NCBI GenBank assembly: GCA_011109175.1
Contig: RDEW01000070.1
Coordinates: 62,001 to 126,000, forward strand
Origin: Dicyema japonicum
Taxonomy: Eukaryota; Animalia; Dicyemida
Reading direction: 5' to 3'
DNA: 64,000 nt
Below are positions 25,150 through 36,960 of this stretch, one piece after another (position 1 is the first letter of the stretch; every line of letters starts with the position of its first letter). The position numbers and the translations under genes were made by a program. The notes beneath the pieces are model-generated. The model ran no database searches, was not told where the DNA came from, and saw only the letters and a list, made by a program, of their open reading frames with translations.

Positions 25150-25860
25150 CTTTTTGCACCTGTGTGCTTGAATGGCCAGGCTGTTTCCTCAGAGAATATC
25201 TATCGAGATACGCTTTCGAAGCCATCCAGTCTCATGTTTATCCTTGATGACCATTTTGATCATTGAGCCCATCCGACGGACTATACCATCCTCTTGAGGG
25301 CCAAGGATTACAGACGTCTCAACAGCAAATGTGATAAACAGATGATCTTCCAAAATGTTTCGGTATTTTGTTTCTTTTCTTATCCTCGGCTTGCTTAGAA
25401 GCATAATTGGTTCCTAAGAATCAGGTATTCAAAAGGAGTTGTTGAGGAACATTAGGTTATTTTCGAAAAGTTCATCACTCCGTCACTCTTAACCCCATTT
25501 TATGGATAGCTTTAATGTCCTGGCATTTATTTATTACCTCCTCAGTATCAACTGGTTGGAGACAAAATATATAGTCCCCAACTAAGTAATTTCAGTTCCA
25601 CAGTCATTGTGAAACGCATTCATCTCTGGCATCACGTCTTACATATTTTCCATTGTGGGAACCCCATTAGTGGAGTAGATAAAGCAAGAGCTTTTTTATG
25701 CTCACCAGACATTCTTTTATCAGGTAGACCATATGAAGATTTTTTTAAAAATCAAAAAGGCATAGAGCAGAAGAGAATCCTTTGGTTAAGTAGGTAGCAG
25801 TATGGAAACTGAACTCACTGCTAATCACAACAGCAATAATCTCAACGTCATCTGGTAATT
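25150..25860 (-). mobile_element. Decayed CRE-like element (RT remnant to REL endonuclease)
   Basis: ETKYRNILEDHLFITFAVETSVILGP..WLRKRISIDIL (ORF 25189-25404). Confidence 0.7.
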
Positions 25861-25899
25861 ATTTCATGGAATTCATCATAATAGTTATAATTTCACTCT

Positions 25900-26712
25900 T
25901 TCAGCATTCACATAAACCTCCGAACTAACTTGTTCCAACCTTTTCAATCGTAAGAGAGTTTCCTCAACTCGTCCAGGTCTTCTTTACTTCTTAGACGTTT
26001 GTTCACGAGCTTTAGATCTCCGTCAAGTGTTTCAAGTAGTGTAATACGCCAATGTCCACGACAGCACGGTCCCTGTCTCATGAAGTAGTCCTCCATTGCT
26101 ATGTTTGCTGGAGCACCCAAATCCATACGCAAGATATGTCCAAATAGCCTCCAGCGCATATCAGCAATTTCTAGACTCAGTGGACCCGTGCAACATCTCT
26201 TGTACAGCGATTCCTTTTTATTTTTGATGGCCAGTTCAGTCCTAGTAGGGATATAAGTTGTCTTCGATGGAAAGAGTCTAGTCCAAGTTGTTCGGTTTTG
26301 GACGTTCCCCAGGTCGATGAATTGTACATTAGGATCGGCTTGACAAAGGCTTCATACAGTATCAAACGAAGTGATGTACAGGATCGTCGTTCGCCAATCC
26401 ACTCTTTCTTCAACTTGTTTATCGTTGTCCCTTACCTTTCTGGCAATATCTTGAATGTCTCAAAGTAAAAAGCCAAGTTTGTTTTTTTCGCCATGTTTCA
26501 CTTGATCTGCTTACCATTCTCCTGATTTCCACAATGTCAGTTTTCGCGGTGTTCATTCCAAGGAACCATCGGTTCAGCTCATCAGTTGCTACCTCGAGTT
26601 GTCGAAGTAGAGCCGATTTGTCTTTTGACACAAAGTCGACGTTGTCCGCAAATACAATTTCGACGATGTTGTCATCATAGAACTTCCAAAGATTTTGCAA
26701 TGCCGCCTCCAG
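25900..26712 (-). mobile_element. RTE fragment (RT5 to C-terminus)
   Basis: YLEAALQ..IVFADNVDFVS..WFLGMNTAKT..LDSFHRRQL..RWRLFGHILR. Confidence 0.85.
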
Positions 26713-26845
26713 ATATCATGAAATTTTTCCAGGATATAAAAAATTTTAATTTTATATTATTGATTTAATTTGAAAAAATAAATTAAATTTTAAATAAAAT
26801 AATTTTTAGTTTGAATTACGTTGTTCGTTCTCGTATGTGAAATTC

Positions 26846-27493
26846 ATGGAACAATTGTATTCAAGAGGTGAATATTTAAAAAATCACGTTGCAAGTCAGC
26901 TAGGCGAATTTAACCACAAAACAAGCTCAGACAACTTTACCTTAATAGAAGTAAATTACATATATAAAATTTAGTCAAATATAGTAGAACTTGACAATAT
27001 CACCATACAAATGTCACAAATTCTTAGGGAAAACCACCTCAGGTCTCGTTCTCATTGGGTTGAAGTTTATCATCAATTTTCACAAGATCTAAATTTAATA
27101 AAAATGAATTTTTCAAATTTAAAAAATAATAATTAGTAATAATAAATAATTTTTATATTTTAGTTTCGGAAGATCTGATAAAAATTCAATTTATTGTGGT
27201 GAACCTAAATCAAATGGCGTTAATGAATTTTATCCCATAAATAGAACAGATCCTTTAAAAACAATTAACGTCGACTTACAGAACATTGAATTAATCAGTC
27301 GATCTTCCTTATCTGCTTGCATGAGCAGAATGATAATTTAAAGCGCATTGGTGGAAGAATTGATGCTGTTGGAAGAATCAGTTCACTCTCATTAACTGTT
27401 ATTGGGTGGATTGAACGTGCTAGATTTACCAATAAAGTTATTATTACTGTCTGTGTGACTATTGTGACTGTTTTATTTGCTTATATTTTGTGA
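26846..27493 (+). CDS. GOSR2: Membrin/GOSR2-like Qb-SNARE (two tiny introns; one 1-nt frameshift near 27317)
   Basis: About 200 aa spliced: MEQLYSRG...SSLSALHEQNDNLKRIGGRIDAVGRISSLSLTVIGWIERARFTNK followed by a C-terminal TM helix; matches membrin LGLSNTVMRLIEKR..DK. Confidence 0.75.
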
Positions 27494-27774
27494 TTCACTC
27501 ATTTGTTCATGTTTCAGTGGCAGCAGTTAGTAATTACTTAAGGTCATCTATGTTCAAAGTACTATTCCGATATTTGGAGATGTCTTTTTTTACAAGTCAA
27601 ACGTGAGACTGGTTTACTTACACCTGTCTCTGATTAGCCAGGACAGTCCCGTAATGTCTCGGATTATCATATTTATTATTAGTAATTGTTGATTGTGATA
27701 ATCAAAAATCTTTAGTAAAATTATTAAGTTATTAAAAAAATAATCGACTTTCTTAGTTAATTTTAATAATTGGA

Positions 27775-28135
27775 GAAAGACCTAACGGGATGACCCTTTT
27801 CCGTTTCACGTCTGGAAGATCTTTGGCTGGGACCAACTTGTGTAGACACGTTCTCAAGCACGAATATTTTCAAATCGGTTCAGACACCTGGAGCAGCTGC
27901 TTCGACTGCAGAAAACATAAAAATAAAGAAATATTCTTGCCTCGGGGATCGCTACCGATTTACTCCTGTTGCGACCGAATCATCGGGACGGCTGAGTTCT
28001 TGCGAGAACTCGGAGGAATGCTTGCCAGAATGAAAAGGGATCAACGAGAAGGGTTAATGGCTAAGACAAAAGATTGGAATGGCCATATTTTGAGGGAACT
28101 CGTCGCAATCCAGCAGCAGGCTCCCTCAAATGACA
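27775..28135 (+). mobile_element. CRE-like 3' fragment (subfamily 2)
   Basis: Collinear with 61605-61985, with several deletions. Confidence 0.85.
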
Positions 28136-28269
28136 TTTGTTTAATTGTTAAAAATTATTTTGTTTTTAAAAAAAATTAATAAAGATATTTTTGTTTTTCT
28201 GTGAAAATTTTATTGTCCCGTAAAAGTCCCTGGTTTTTATTATCAAAATCAATAAATGTCTTGCAAAGA

Positions 28270-28670
28270 GGGCTTACAGTGTAACGGAGTGTTGGATTTG
28301 TGAAGATCATCGACCCGGACCTACGCTCTGGAGGCCCTTATGAGACTAGACTCCAGATCACGGGAAGTTGGCCCTGAAAATTCAGGCAGCCGTCCTGTAC
28401 GTTCATGCGCGGGCACGATGGAAGAACACGGGCAAAGATGAGTCTCTGTTAGAATGCATCGGGATCACGTGATAATTAGTTTTGTCTTAGGATCGTTAAA
28501 TAAATAATAAAATAAATAATGTCTTGGATTTCTAGAATAATAAAGTGGTAGGCCTATCTAAACGTTGAGTTTATGACTCACCGTTTTTTATCGCTCCGTG
28601 GACGATGTAATAAACGAAACGATTAGTTCAGGAAAAAATCCTGTCTGACAATAGTCGTGTATCTCCACAC
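28270..28670 (+). repeat. Possible solo-LTR-like repeat; related pieces near 16870, 30140-30280 (-) and 44130-44300
   Basis: Starts TGTAAC, ends ..CCACA, has AATAAA, and shares cgggatcacgtgata or ctttgcctgatg with the other loci. No TSD found. Confidence 0.35.
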
Positions 28671-28884
28671 CAATCATATGCATACCCAATGTAATTATTA
28701 TAGCTTGTATGATTCTATAATTATTGCTAATATTACTACTTCGTGTAGAAGGATACTCGAGAAATTTGAAAAACCTATATTTTCTCGTCAGAATAGCTGA
28801 CTTACCACCATCAACTTATCCAACAACGATCTATACAAAAAACCTCATTAATATTCAAAATTTACTCCCAATATAGCACTTCTA

Positions 28885-29202
28885 ATAATAATAATAATAA
28901 GCCTTTTCACGAGAGCCATAGTATTTTATAGCTCCGCATAGGCAGGACACACACTTTATTTAAGTAAAGAACAGTTAATTTTAACTAATCGTAGAACCAA
29001 GAATGATATTCACTTCTTTTTTTCTTTTTTGTGGGGTGTCCTTTCTGACAATCCAGTTCCAGTGAGTATTCACTGATGACGGCGTCACTCGTCAAACCAT
29101 TTCTGCCGTAGATGCGTGAACCTTCCACCAGGTGAACAGCAGCGAGATTCGAACCCATAGCCTAAGCCACTTAAGCCCGAACCTAACCACTAAGCCACCC
29201 GG
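28885..29202 (-). mobile_element. Full-length tRNA-derived SINE (family A) with RTE-type 3' tail
   Basis: A box TGGCTTAGTGG (29197-29187), B box GGTTCGAATC (29155-29146), tail atggctctcgtgaaa shared with RTE 4205-6038, (TTA)n end, TSD atagcacttcta at 28873-28884 and 29203-29214. Confidence 0.92.
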
Positions 29203-29239
29203 ATAGCACTTCTATTTACATTCATATTTTTATTCGCTT

Positions 29240-30050
29240 CACTTGGCTGTAGTCACCTCCAAGTGAATTATTCGTAGTTACTTCGTCAGGTAGAAAGGTT
29301 GGGTCTGCTCGCTAATATGTAAGTTTGTAAAAGCTGGTGGATCATATGACATTACTTTGTTCGAATGAAAGAAGAAAGGAACTGAGAAAAGTAAGGGACA
29401 AATACCAGAAAAGCTTAAGTTCTCAATCTCGCTGCTGTCCATTAGGTGGGAGGTTCCAGGCATCTACCCAATGCTTCTGGTTGACGGAGTGACGCCTTCA
29501 CCAGTGTTTCATCACTCCGGAATCGGATCGTATTATAGGACTCACACACAAGAAAAATAAAAGAGCGAGAATTCAAGAACGTTTAGATGCCTTAGAATAA
29601 TTCCCTCGGATTAGTTTATTTTTTTAAATAAAGTGAGATCTGCCTATACTGGGGTTTATTAAAGGAAACGTTACTACTCCTTGGCTGCATGACTGTTGTG
29701 TGTTATATGGATTATGTCCAGATCTTCAATTTTAACGGCCTTCAGAGCAGCAGTTCTAAAGTCCTGATTTTAAAACCAATGATCTGCATTATCTTGTTTT
29801 TGAAGGGTTTTTTTGAATGATTCAAACTTACAATCTTGAGTAAACCTTGCATAAAATATCCAAAGAAGGAACTCAATGGAGAACGTCTATTTGTGCCAAA
29901 CAAATACTTCTTCCAATAGTCTATTACAGACTTCCGCTTACGAAGAGAGGTGGAGAAGTATACCCACCATCTTCCAATTTCTTCACACGTTCTATATTCG
30001 CGACTCACTTCAATCATAGACGGAAGAGTTTTTATGATGGTAATCATCAT
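29240..30050 (-). mobile_element. Penelope-like RT relic with embedded old SINE-A (29410-29670, +)
   Basis: IKTLPSMIEV (RT3-like), LFGTNRRSPLSSFFGYFMQGL (RT4-like), DLDIIH, QPFYL. Confidence 0.55.
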
Positions 30051-30403
30051 CAGTGGAATTAGTCAGGAAAAAGTAGGAATATTTTCATACTAAACTTTAT
30101 AATTTTATTTTTTATTAAACACTCCAAGACCACTGTCAAAAATCAAAACTATCTATCACGTGATCCCGATATGTTCGAATAAGTCCTCTTCTTTGCCTGA
30201 TGTTTCCTTTCTCGATCCCACACATACGTATCAGGCGGCTGTTTGAGGTCCCTTGAGTCATCCCGGATTCTAGCCATATTAAATTTATAATTATAATTTA
30301 AGTAAATTAAGTCAATAATTTATATTATTTTTTATTCTTAAATTATTAAATTTAAAATAAATAAACAATAATATTGTCATACTCTAATCGTATTGACTTT
30401 TCG

Positions 30404-31560
30404 AATTATCATGGATATTTGTTATTTTGGTTAAATCAAGCATACTTAAGAGAAATGGCTGACGCAGTTGAATTGAAGGAAATGAGTCTGACACAATTAA
30501 AGAAATATAAAATCCAGCAAATCTTCGAATTACGGGAAATGAAGGACAAAATCAGAGAGTGGGTTAATTGCAACTCTGTGGATTTTGAAAGTCTTCAACT
30601 GAAGGGATCCAGTGAAAGCATCTCTGAGACAAAACTTGATAAATATTTTGGTAACAGAAATGTCTGGGGATCTCTCCGTCAAAGGATTCTTGAGACCTAC
30701 AAAGGACAATCTCTCGAAAACGAAGATCTGATCACTGTCAAAGCAATATTCAAAAATTTAAACAATTTTTTGAAATTTCGAACGGAAATTGACGCTTTTC
30801 TTAAAAATGTATTAAACAGTGCATGAAAATATTCGAACGTGCTCGAATCTCTTTCAGAGGTAAGGAATTCACTAAAGTGGACTCAATTCTTCAGATTGAA
30901 AATGTAATTTATCAAAAAGAAAGGAAATTCTGGAAAAATGCCGACAAATCAGCAAAATAATCAGCAAACGGTTGAAATTGAGCAAAACTGTTCAAATTCT
31001 TTACCTCCCAACCCTCAATGATGAAGGTGATCAGAAGATCTCTTAAATTGGCTGTTATTTTAATTAATTCCACTGCAAATATTCTTCACATGAGAATATG
31101 TCGAGCAAAAACTTGAAAATGAACTTCAAACTGCAAAAAATGATCATTCAAGTCCAACTTTGAATATCGTCGCTGCAACAGCGCTTCGATTACGACTGAA
31201 GCGAAACGTTGTTCCTCCGTCCATCGACTCAGAACATCCAAAGCCAGCGGTCGTGATAAAAAACAAAGAACAGTTTTTAATCAATCAAGAAATTACCGTC
31301 AATCTCATCTCTGGAACCACTTTCGTCTAAAAAACTCGTTCATTGCAACAAAATGACGTTGACTGATGAAGTCTGGAAAAATGAAATCGCCCTGAAATCT
31401 GTAAGCTTTCGATTTATTTAGGCTAATAAAAATGTTGGAAAATTAGAAAGCACTAAAAAGTATTATTTTACCAAGAAAATCGAATCGTTGAATAAACAGA
31501 ATTATATTTACAGATATTATCAGTACAACAGAGAGAATTCGTGTTGTAAAGGTTAAGTTG
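30404..31560 (+). pseudogene. Unidentified helical or coiled-coil protein gene, 3' part disrupted
   Basis: ORF 30374-30826 (MADAVELKEMSL...) continues in fragments with GTAAG donors but has several stops. Confidence 0.35.
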
Positions 31561-32211
31561 ATTACTTCAGTTTAGAAAACATACGTAAGGATCGATTTAT
31601 TATTATAAAATAATACTATTTTAATGTCATTAATATTTATTGATTATATAATTATATAAAAATTACTTATCTTGACAGTTCTGGTTACTCGATCGAAGGT
31701 TTCTCGGTTAGCTCTCTTTGTCCGTTCTATTATATTGGGCGTCATAGGGTCCAGGTGGCGCCCAGTGGCTTGATGGTATGAAAAAATGTCAGTTGTTATC
31801 CTTTACTTTATTTGAGAGGTTACTATAACTGCAATGACTGAATGCTGTCTTCCTGTACCGGCGATTATAGGTGTGTGTAATGTTGGAGATCCCTCTATAC
31901 CGCAATTTTGGGAATTGGATGCATTTAGTTAGTGGTCAACTTCTGTAAAGATTTAAATTTCATTTTTCTGAAAAGTCAGAACTGGCAAAATTAGACAGGA
32001 AATTATGTATGACAAAGAAAATCCTTGGGTTATGTATGACCAAAGAAAATCATTAAATGTGGTCAAATTGCGGTTTTTCTATATTCGAATTTTCTTGAAT
32101 GGATTAAATTAGGTTCCTTTGGATTAAGGATAGGGTTAGAGACACCCATAAACTGTCCAAATTGTCTAGGGAATATTAAAGTTATTTGAGTTGTGAGGGC
32201 TTTGTGCAGAC

Positions 32212-33510
32212 CAGTGGTTTCCAAATTTATTCAGGTCATCGCCCCTTTAACAAACTTTTAAAAAATATCGCCCACTGGGAAAACCTATATGGCAACGAGT
32301 TGGAAATAAAAAATTTAATAATTAATGTCACCAATGATGTTGCAAAAAGTTAGACACAAGTTTCTCAATATTTGGGTTCATGTTTGTGAGCCTAATTTGT
32401 AGATCTCCTTTTTCGACAATGTCCAAGCGGTTTCTCCTGTCAGTAATTAGCTGTGATGAATACTGCCTCTCTCAACAAAATAAGAAGTGGGGAAAGCAAT
32501 AAAAAACAATTTTGATTTTTTCCATAACATAGGATATTTTTCAGGAATATCTTTTTGTAACCAAAAATCTTGATACAACCGGTGTTTAATAGTGGGTTTA
32601 ATTTCAAAATCGTTTTTTAACACAATTAGTTCTTCTTGAACAACAAGATTCAACGTCATCTACATTCTGAAAGGGGTCTATCCAATCTTGAACTTTGAGT
32701 TCACATAAATCTTTGAAACGTCCTTTCACATCTTGTTCAGAAGTGATCAAATGTTCAATATAAATATCGAAATCATCTTCAGAAAGTAAGTATTTGAGAC
32801 CGTTGAGACGTGGAAATTGGATTAATTTTTTCTTACCAATATTCCTACAAAATAAAAGTTGTTTCGAAATAAAAGCAGAAATAAGTGACTTTGCCTAAAT
32901 TAATTTAAAAAATAATACCTTGATTAAATTAACATCAGCAAATTGTAATTTCACATCAAGTTCATTAAATTTAGCAAAAATATCCGCTAAGTAACTGTAC
33001 AATAAGTGTGACTGTATACCATTAAGCCACGAGATCATTAGCTCTCGTTGGAGACTTTTTGGACACGTCCTGAGGTTGGACCCGATATCTCCTCCGAACA
33101 TTGCAATGGAAGATTACTACTCCTCCAATGTAAAACGCTTTCGTGGATGACCGAGAACTACCCTCCCGGTCGTTCTACAAAACGATCTGAAAGCCGTGAA
33201 GAAAACATTGGCATCTGGTAACGATCTGGACTCACTGAGGGACCTAGCAAAGAACAGAAGAGCTTGGAGCAACCTAACTAATTCTCTTATATTTTTTGAT
33301 GCACATGCGGGGCTATAAAAATTATGGCTCTCGTGAAAGTGCTAATAATAATAATATCCGCTAAGTAAGCCACATCATGTTTAACGGATTCTAGTTCGGA
33401 GCCGATTTGAGAAATTATACAACAGTGCTGAAAAGAGCGAAAATCCGCGCCAAACAGTCGCCCTTTGATAACCACCGTACTTCAGTATGTTTAATAGTCG
33501 TTTAAAATAT
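32212..33510 (-). mobile_element. Buster/Charlie-type hAT transposon, 3' part with terminal inverted repeat (TIR)
   Basis: HTEVRWLSKG, AYLADIFAKFNEL and FPTSYFVERG motifs; CAGTGGTTTCCAAA terminus at 32212. Confidence 0.88.
32995..33352 (+). mobile_element. 5'-truncated copy of the RTE at 4205-6038, inserted in the hAT transposase
   Basis: Near-identical to 4205-4560 (reverse complement); TSD aatatccgctaagtaa at 32979-32994 and 33353-33368. Confidence 0.93.
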
Positions 33511-33677
33511 TTATCATTTTCAATACTTAGAAAAAGATTTTTAAAGAGTTGTATTTAATTTGATTAAATATTGAATATTATATTGACGAATTTTTTTATT
33601 TAGTGTCTCTTGCTCCATTGTTGGATAATACAAATACACCGTTTAAAAATACAGGTTCACCATAATTTAATTTTATT

Positions 33678-33990
33678 AACCCCGGATACACGAAGAAAGA
33701 AGTTAATGTAAACAACTAATTAAGTGTATCCAGTTTCCACTTCTACAGAAACAGAGTACATCCAGAATCAGCACATAAGGTAAGACGTCCATTACATGCA
33801 GTTGTGGAAACCCCTCCAGTGGAGTGAGGAAGAACAAATGATCTTTTTTCATGTCGGCCTGGCACTGGACGTCACCTAGACAGGTGATCACATGACGCCA
33901 CTCTAATAGGAAAAGAGAGAAGAACAGACAAGCAAGCAGAAAATTTCAACCAATTAACCACGCAGCACCACATGGCGCCACGCGGCTATC
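33678..33990 (-). mobile_element. SINE-like family B, apparently complete copy
   Basis: Head tagccgcgtggcgccatgtgg; end gtgtatccggggttaataaa, as at 44550. Confidence 0.8.
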
Positions 33991-34669
33991 GAAATAATGA
34001 AATTTTATTATATTAATTAGATGTATGTTATAAATTTTACGAATAATTTATTATTGCCCCCGATAAACGATTACTCATAAACGCCTCCTTTGAATTTCTT
34101 ATCGCTCACTTTGGGAAACTCTGGTCTAAAGTCTAGAGTCTCGACTAGCTAATTAGATTACTGGTGGACCAGTCGAGAAATACTAGAAACTTGTTAGAAG
34201 CTGGGATCTCAAAATAAGTCGTTTTTAACAATTATCACCCTTTCGGTACTGTTTGTCCTTTTCCTTGTCTTTTATGGGTCAAACCACTTGGAGAATTTTT
34301 TTACGTTTTACGAGTGCAAATAATGCTCCACCATTAAGGCCGTGTAGTCTGATTTTAGCTTTGGTGCTGATGTCAAATACTCTTAGAGCCATTATTATCA
34401 GTAAAGACCAAAAATTACCAAATTAAGTAGTTAATCCAGACCTCTCTCAGTTGGCTCCTTATCTTGACTCAGTGTTTTCCCTAGATCCCACGCAGTTTCT
34501 GTAGTCTTGTTGTGCAGACGATATCTCGCGCGAGAACTGTGCACCAGTCAGTCCGACTAGAGTCTCAAAGCGCAGAATGGTCTTTTAAGATAAATTTCTT
34601 AAAATAAAATTTAATTTTTTGATTATCTTTGTCACGTGCTTGTATATGACTGCAGTTTCTCGGATCATC

Positions 34670-34860
34670 GAAGTTTTCTGTTTGCTTGTCTGTTCCTCCT
34701 CTCTCTTCCTATAAGAGTGGAGTCATGTGATCCACCTGTCTAGGTGGCGCCCAGTGCCTGGCTGGCACGAAAAAGGATCATTTTCTCTCTTCCACTCCAT
34801 TGGAGGGGTTTCCACAACTTCAAGTACGGACGTATTACCATTTATGCTGATTCTGTCTGA
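34670..34860 (+). mobile_element. SINE-like family B, partial
   Basis: Matches the core of 8320-8510. Confidence 0.8.
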
Positions 34861-35303
34861 CGATGATGTATAAAGGATACATTAATGGCACGTGTCAGTA
34901 TAGGTCATCTCAAACATTAGATTATAACCTGTTTTGGAAAGTATAAGCACAATTTTTGATTAACTGTAAGTACAATCTGTGGTCGATAATCGGTGACGTC
35001 ATAACATGTTTTTACTTTTTAGCGGCCCATGGACAGTCGATTACGCGGTCTAAGCTGTGGGTTTGATTCCTACATCGTTATCCTCTGTGGGTTTGGCGTC
35101 TTTGTGTCAGCTTAACTCAGGGACATTCAGTTCTTGTCCGGCATCCAAAAAAGGTCTTTCTTTACTTCAATGAAGAAATTCCTGCAATGGGGGATGCTTG
35201 GAAGGTATATTTCGGTCTCAGACCTTGAGAACTGAATAAATTTTTTTTTATTTTGAATTATTTTTTATTTTTTTATAAAATTATTTTAACAATTTAACAA
35301 ATG

Positions 35304-36290
35304 TCAGTTGAGGAAGCCTGCTGCGTGGATTGCGAACGAGTTCCCTCGGAGTATGGCTATTCCAATCTTTTGTCTTAGCCATAACCCTTCTCGTTGATCC
35401 CTTTTCTTTCTGGCAAGCAATCCTCCGAGTTCTTGCAAGAATTCAGCCGTCATTGGACCAACGGCTCCCGATGATTCCGTCGCAACAGGAGTAAATCGGT
35501 AGCGATCCCCGAGGCAAGAATATTTCTTGATTTTTAGGTTTTCCGCAGTCGAAGCAGCTGCTCCAGGTGTCTGAACCGATTTAAAAATGTTCGTGCTTGA
35601 GAACGTGTCTATGCAAGTTGCGTCCCAGACCAAAGATCTTCCAGACGTGAAGGGGAAAAGGGTCATCCCGTCAGGTCTCTTCCCATCTCCTCGATCAAGA
35701 CCCACTGGTTCAAGCTGTGCTGGGAAGCCTGAAGCCTTCAGAGCTCTGACGATCACATCATTCAGAGCAGCATGACGTGGTCCCCTTCTGGCGCTTCTTC
35801 TTCAGGACAGCGGGTGCAATCCTTTCGCATCTACTGTTTTCCTGCATCGGCATCGGTGCTCCTGGCAAACGTCTAGTCCCAGCCTTTGTCCGATTCCAAT
35901 CCTCAAAGAATCGTCGTCCAAAAAGGTCCCGAGGTTTGGACAAGGTATTGCACCAAGCCATGCTCCACTCCCTCTACTTGAAGCTGACACCAAACAAGCC
36001 AGACGATGTTGATTTGCTTCTTTTTTAAGGTCTTCCAAAATTTTGGAGCAAACAATGTCATCCCAATTTCTTTGCTTCGTTGTGTCTTCTGGGATTTTGA
36101 GTCCGGACCCGTTCCATTTCCGACAAGCTTCGTCAAATGACTCATTCCAGCAAAGTTCAATTGTGTTATGAAGAACTTGCCGTGTCAAATGGCTGCAGCT
36201 TGAGAGAGACGATAGGTATGCCGGGTACGCAACCTCCAGCGCCGATCTCATTCCGACACCCCCAAATCCAGAGGGAAGCTTACATTGTTA
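35304..36290 (-). mobile_element. CRE-like non-LTR element (subfamily 2): post-RT region, CCHC and REL endonuclease
   Basis: CRCRKTVDAKGLHPLS; DGKRPDGMTLFPFTSGRSLVWDATCIDT; WLRQKIGIAILRGN; highly similar to 60960-61976. Confidence 0.92.
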
Positions 36291-36407
36291 CTTTCGAATT
36301 ATTTTAAAAAAATTTAGCGAAAAATAAACATGTCTTCCTGGATAATATTGACTACTTTCTATGATATTTCTTTACCTCTGTTTCTTTTCTTACCTTGTTC
36401 TACTAGA

Positions 36408-36465
36408 GCAGGGGCTCCCAACGTAGGGTGCGATAAAAAATTTAGGGGGTGCGAGATTTTAAAAA
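36408..36465 (+). mobile_element. Isolated hAT-like terminus
   Basis: CAGGGGCTCCCAAC resembles Buster/Charlie TIRs; no partner end found. Confidence 0.35.
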
Positions 36466-36469
36466 TTTC

Positions 36470-36960
36470 TAGTTAATTTTTTAAGAGGAAATCTTTTTCA
36501 AATTCTAAAAAAACCATTTATTCTCAAGAAGTTTTCCAGCCATAGCTTGATGTTTGGGTGTAAGTTCGAATTAAAAATCTTTTGCGTTAGGAGTTCCCTC
36601 GGAACAAAATCAAAGGCCTTCTGTATGTCGATGGATACTAAGGCCGTCCGTAAGTGTGTTCTCATGCTGAAGTTGTCAGTAATAAACTGGGATATAGAAC
36701 TTAAATGAGTCGTTGTAGAACGGTCTGCCCTGAAACCATGTCGAAAGTCTGGTAGATGTAGAACAGGAGAGATGCGCAGTAACACAAGCTTTTCCAGTAC
36801 TTTTGATAAAACACAAGTTATTGAGATGGGGCGGTAAGAAGAGAGAACGTCTTTTGGTTTTCTGGGCTTTAGGATAGGCGTAATCAGGGAGTTTTTCCAT
36901 ATGTTAGGTAGCGTATGGTAGTTGATAGAGTCGTTGTACAGTCTAACTATGTAAAACGTG
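36470..36960 (-). mobile_element. Jockey/I-type LINE RT1-3 fragment
   Basis: SYRPISITCVLSKVLEKL..FRHGFRADRSTTTHL..SIDIQKAFDFVP. Confidence 0.85.

Noticed and set aside
29140-29202. tRNA gene
   Set aside because: A and B boxes are present but there is no full cloverleaf. It is followed by a SINE body, RTE tail and TSD.
35020-35200. Third SINE family (gggtttgattcc B-box-like)
   Set aside because: Only one weakly similar locus (~62050), no A box and no TSD; too little evidence.
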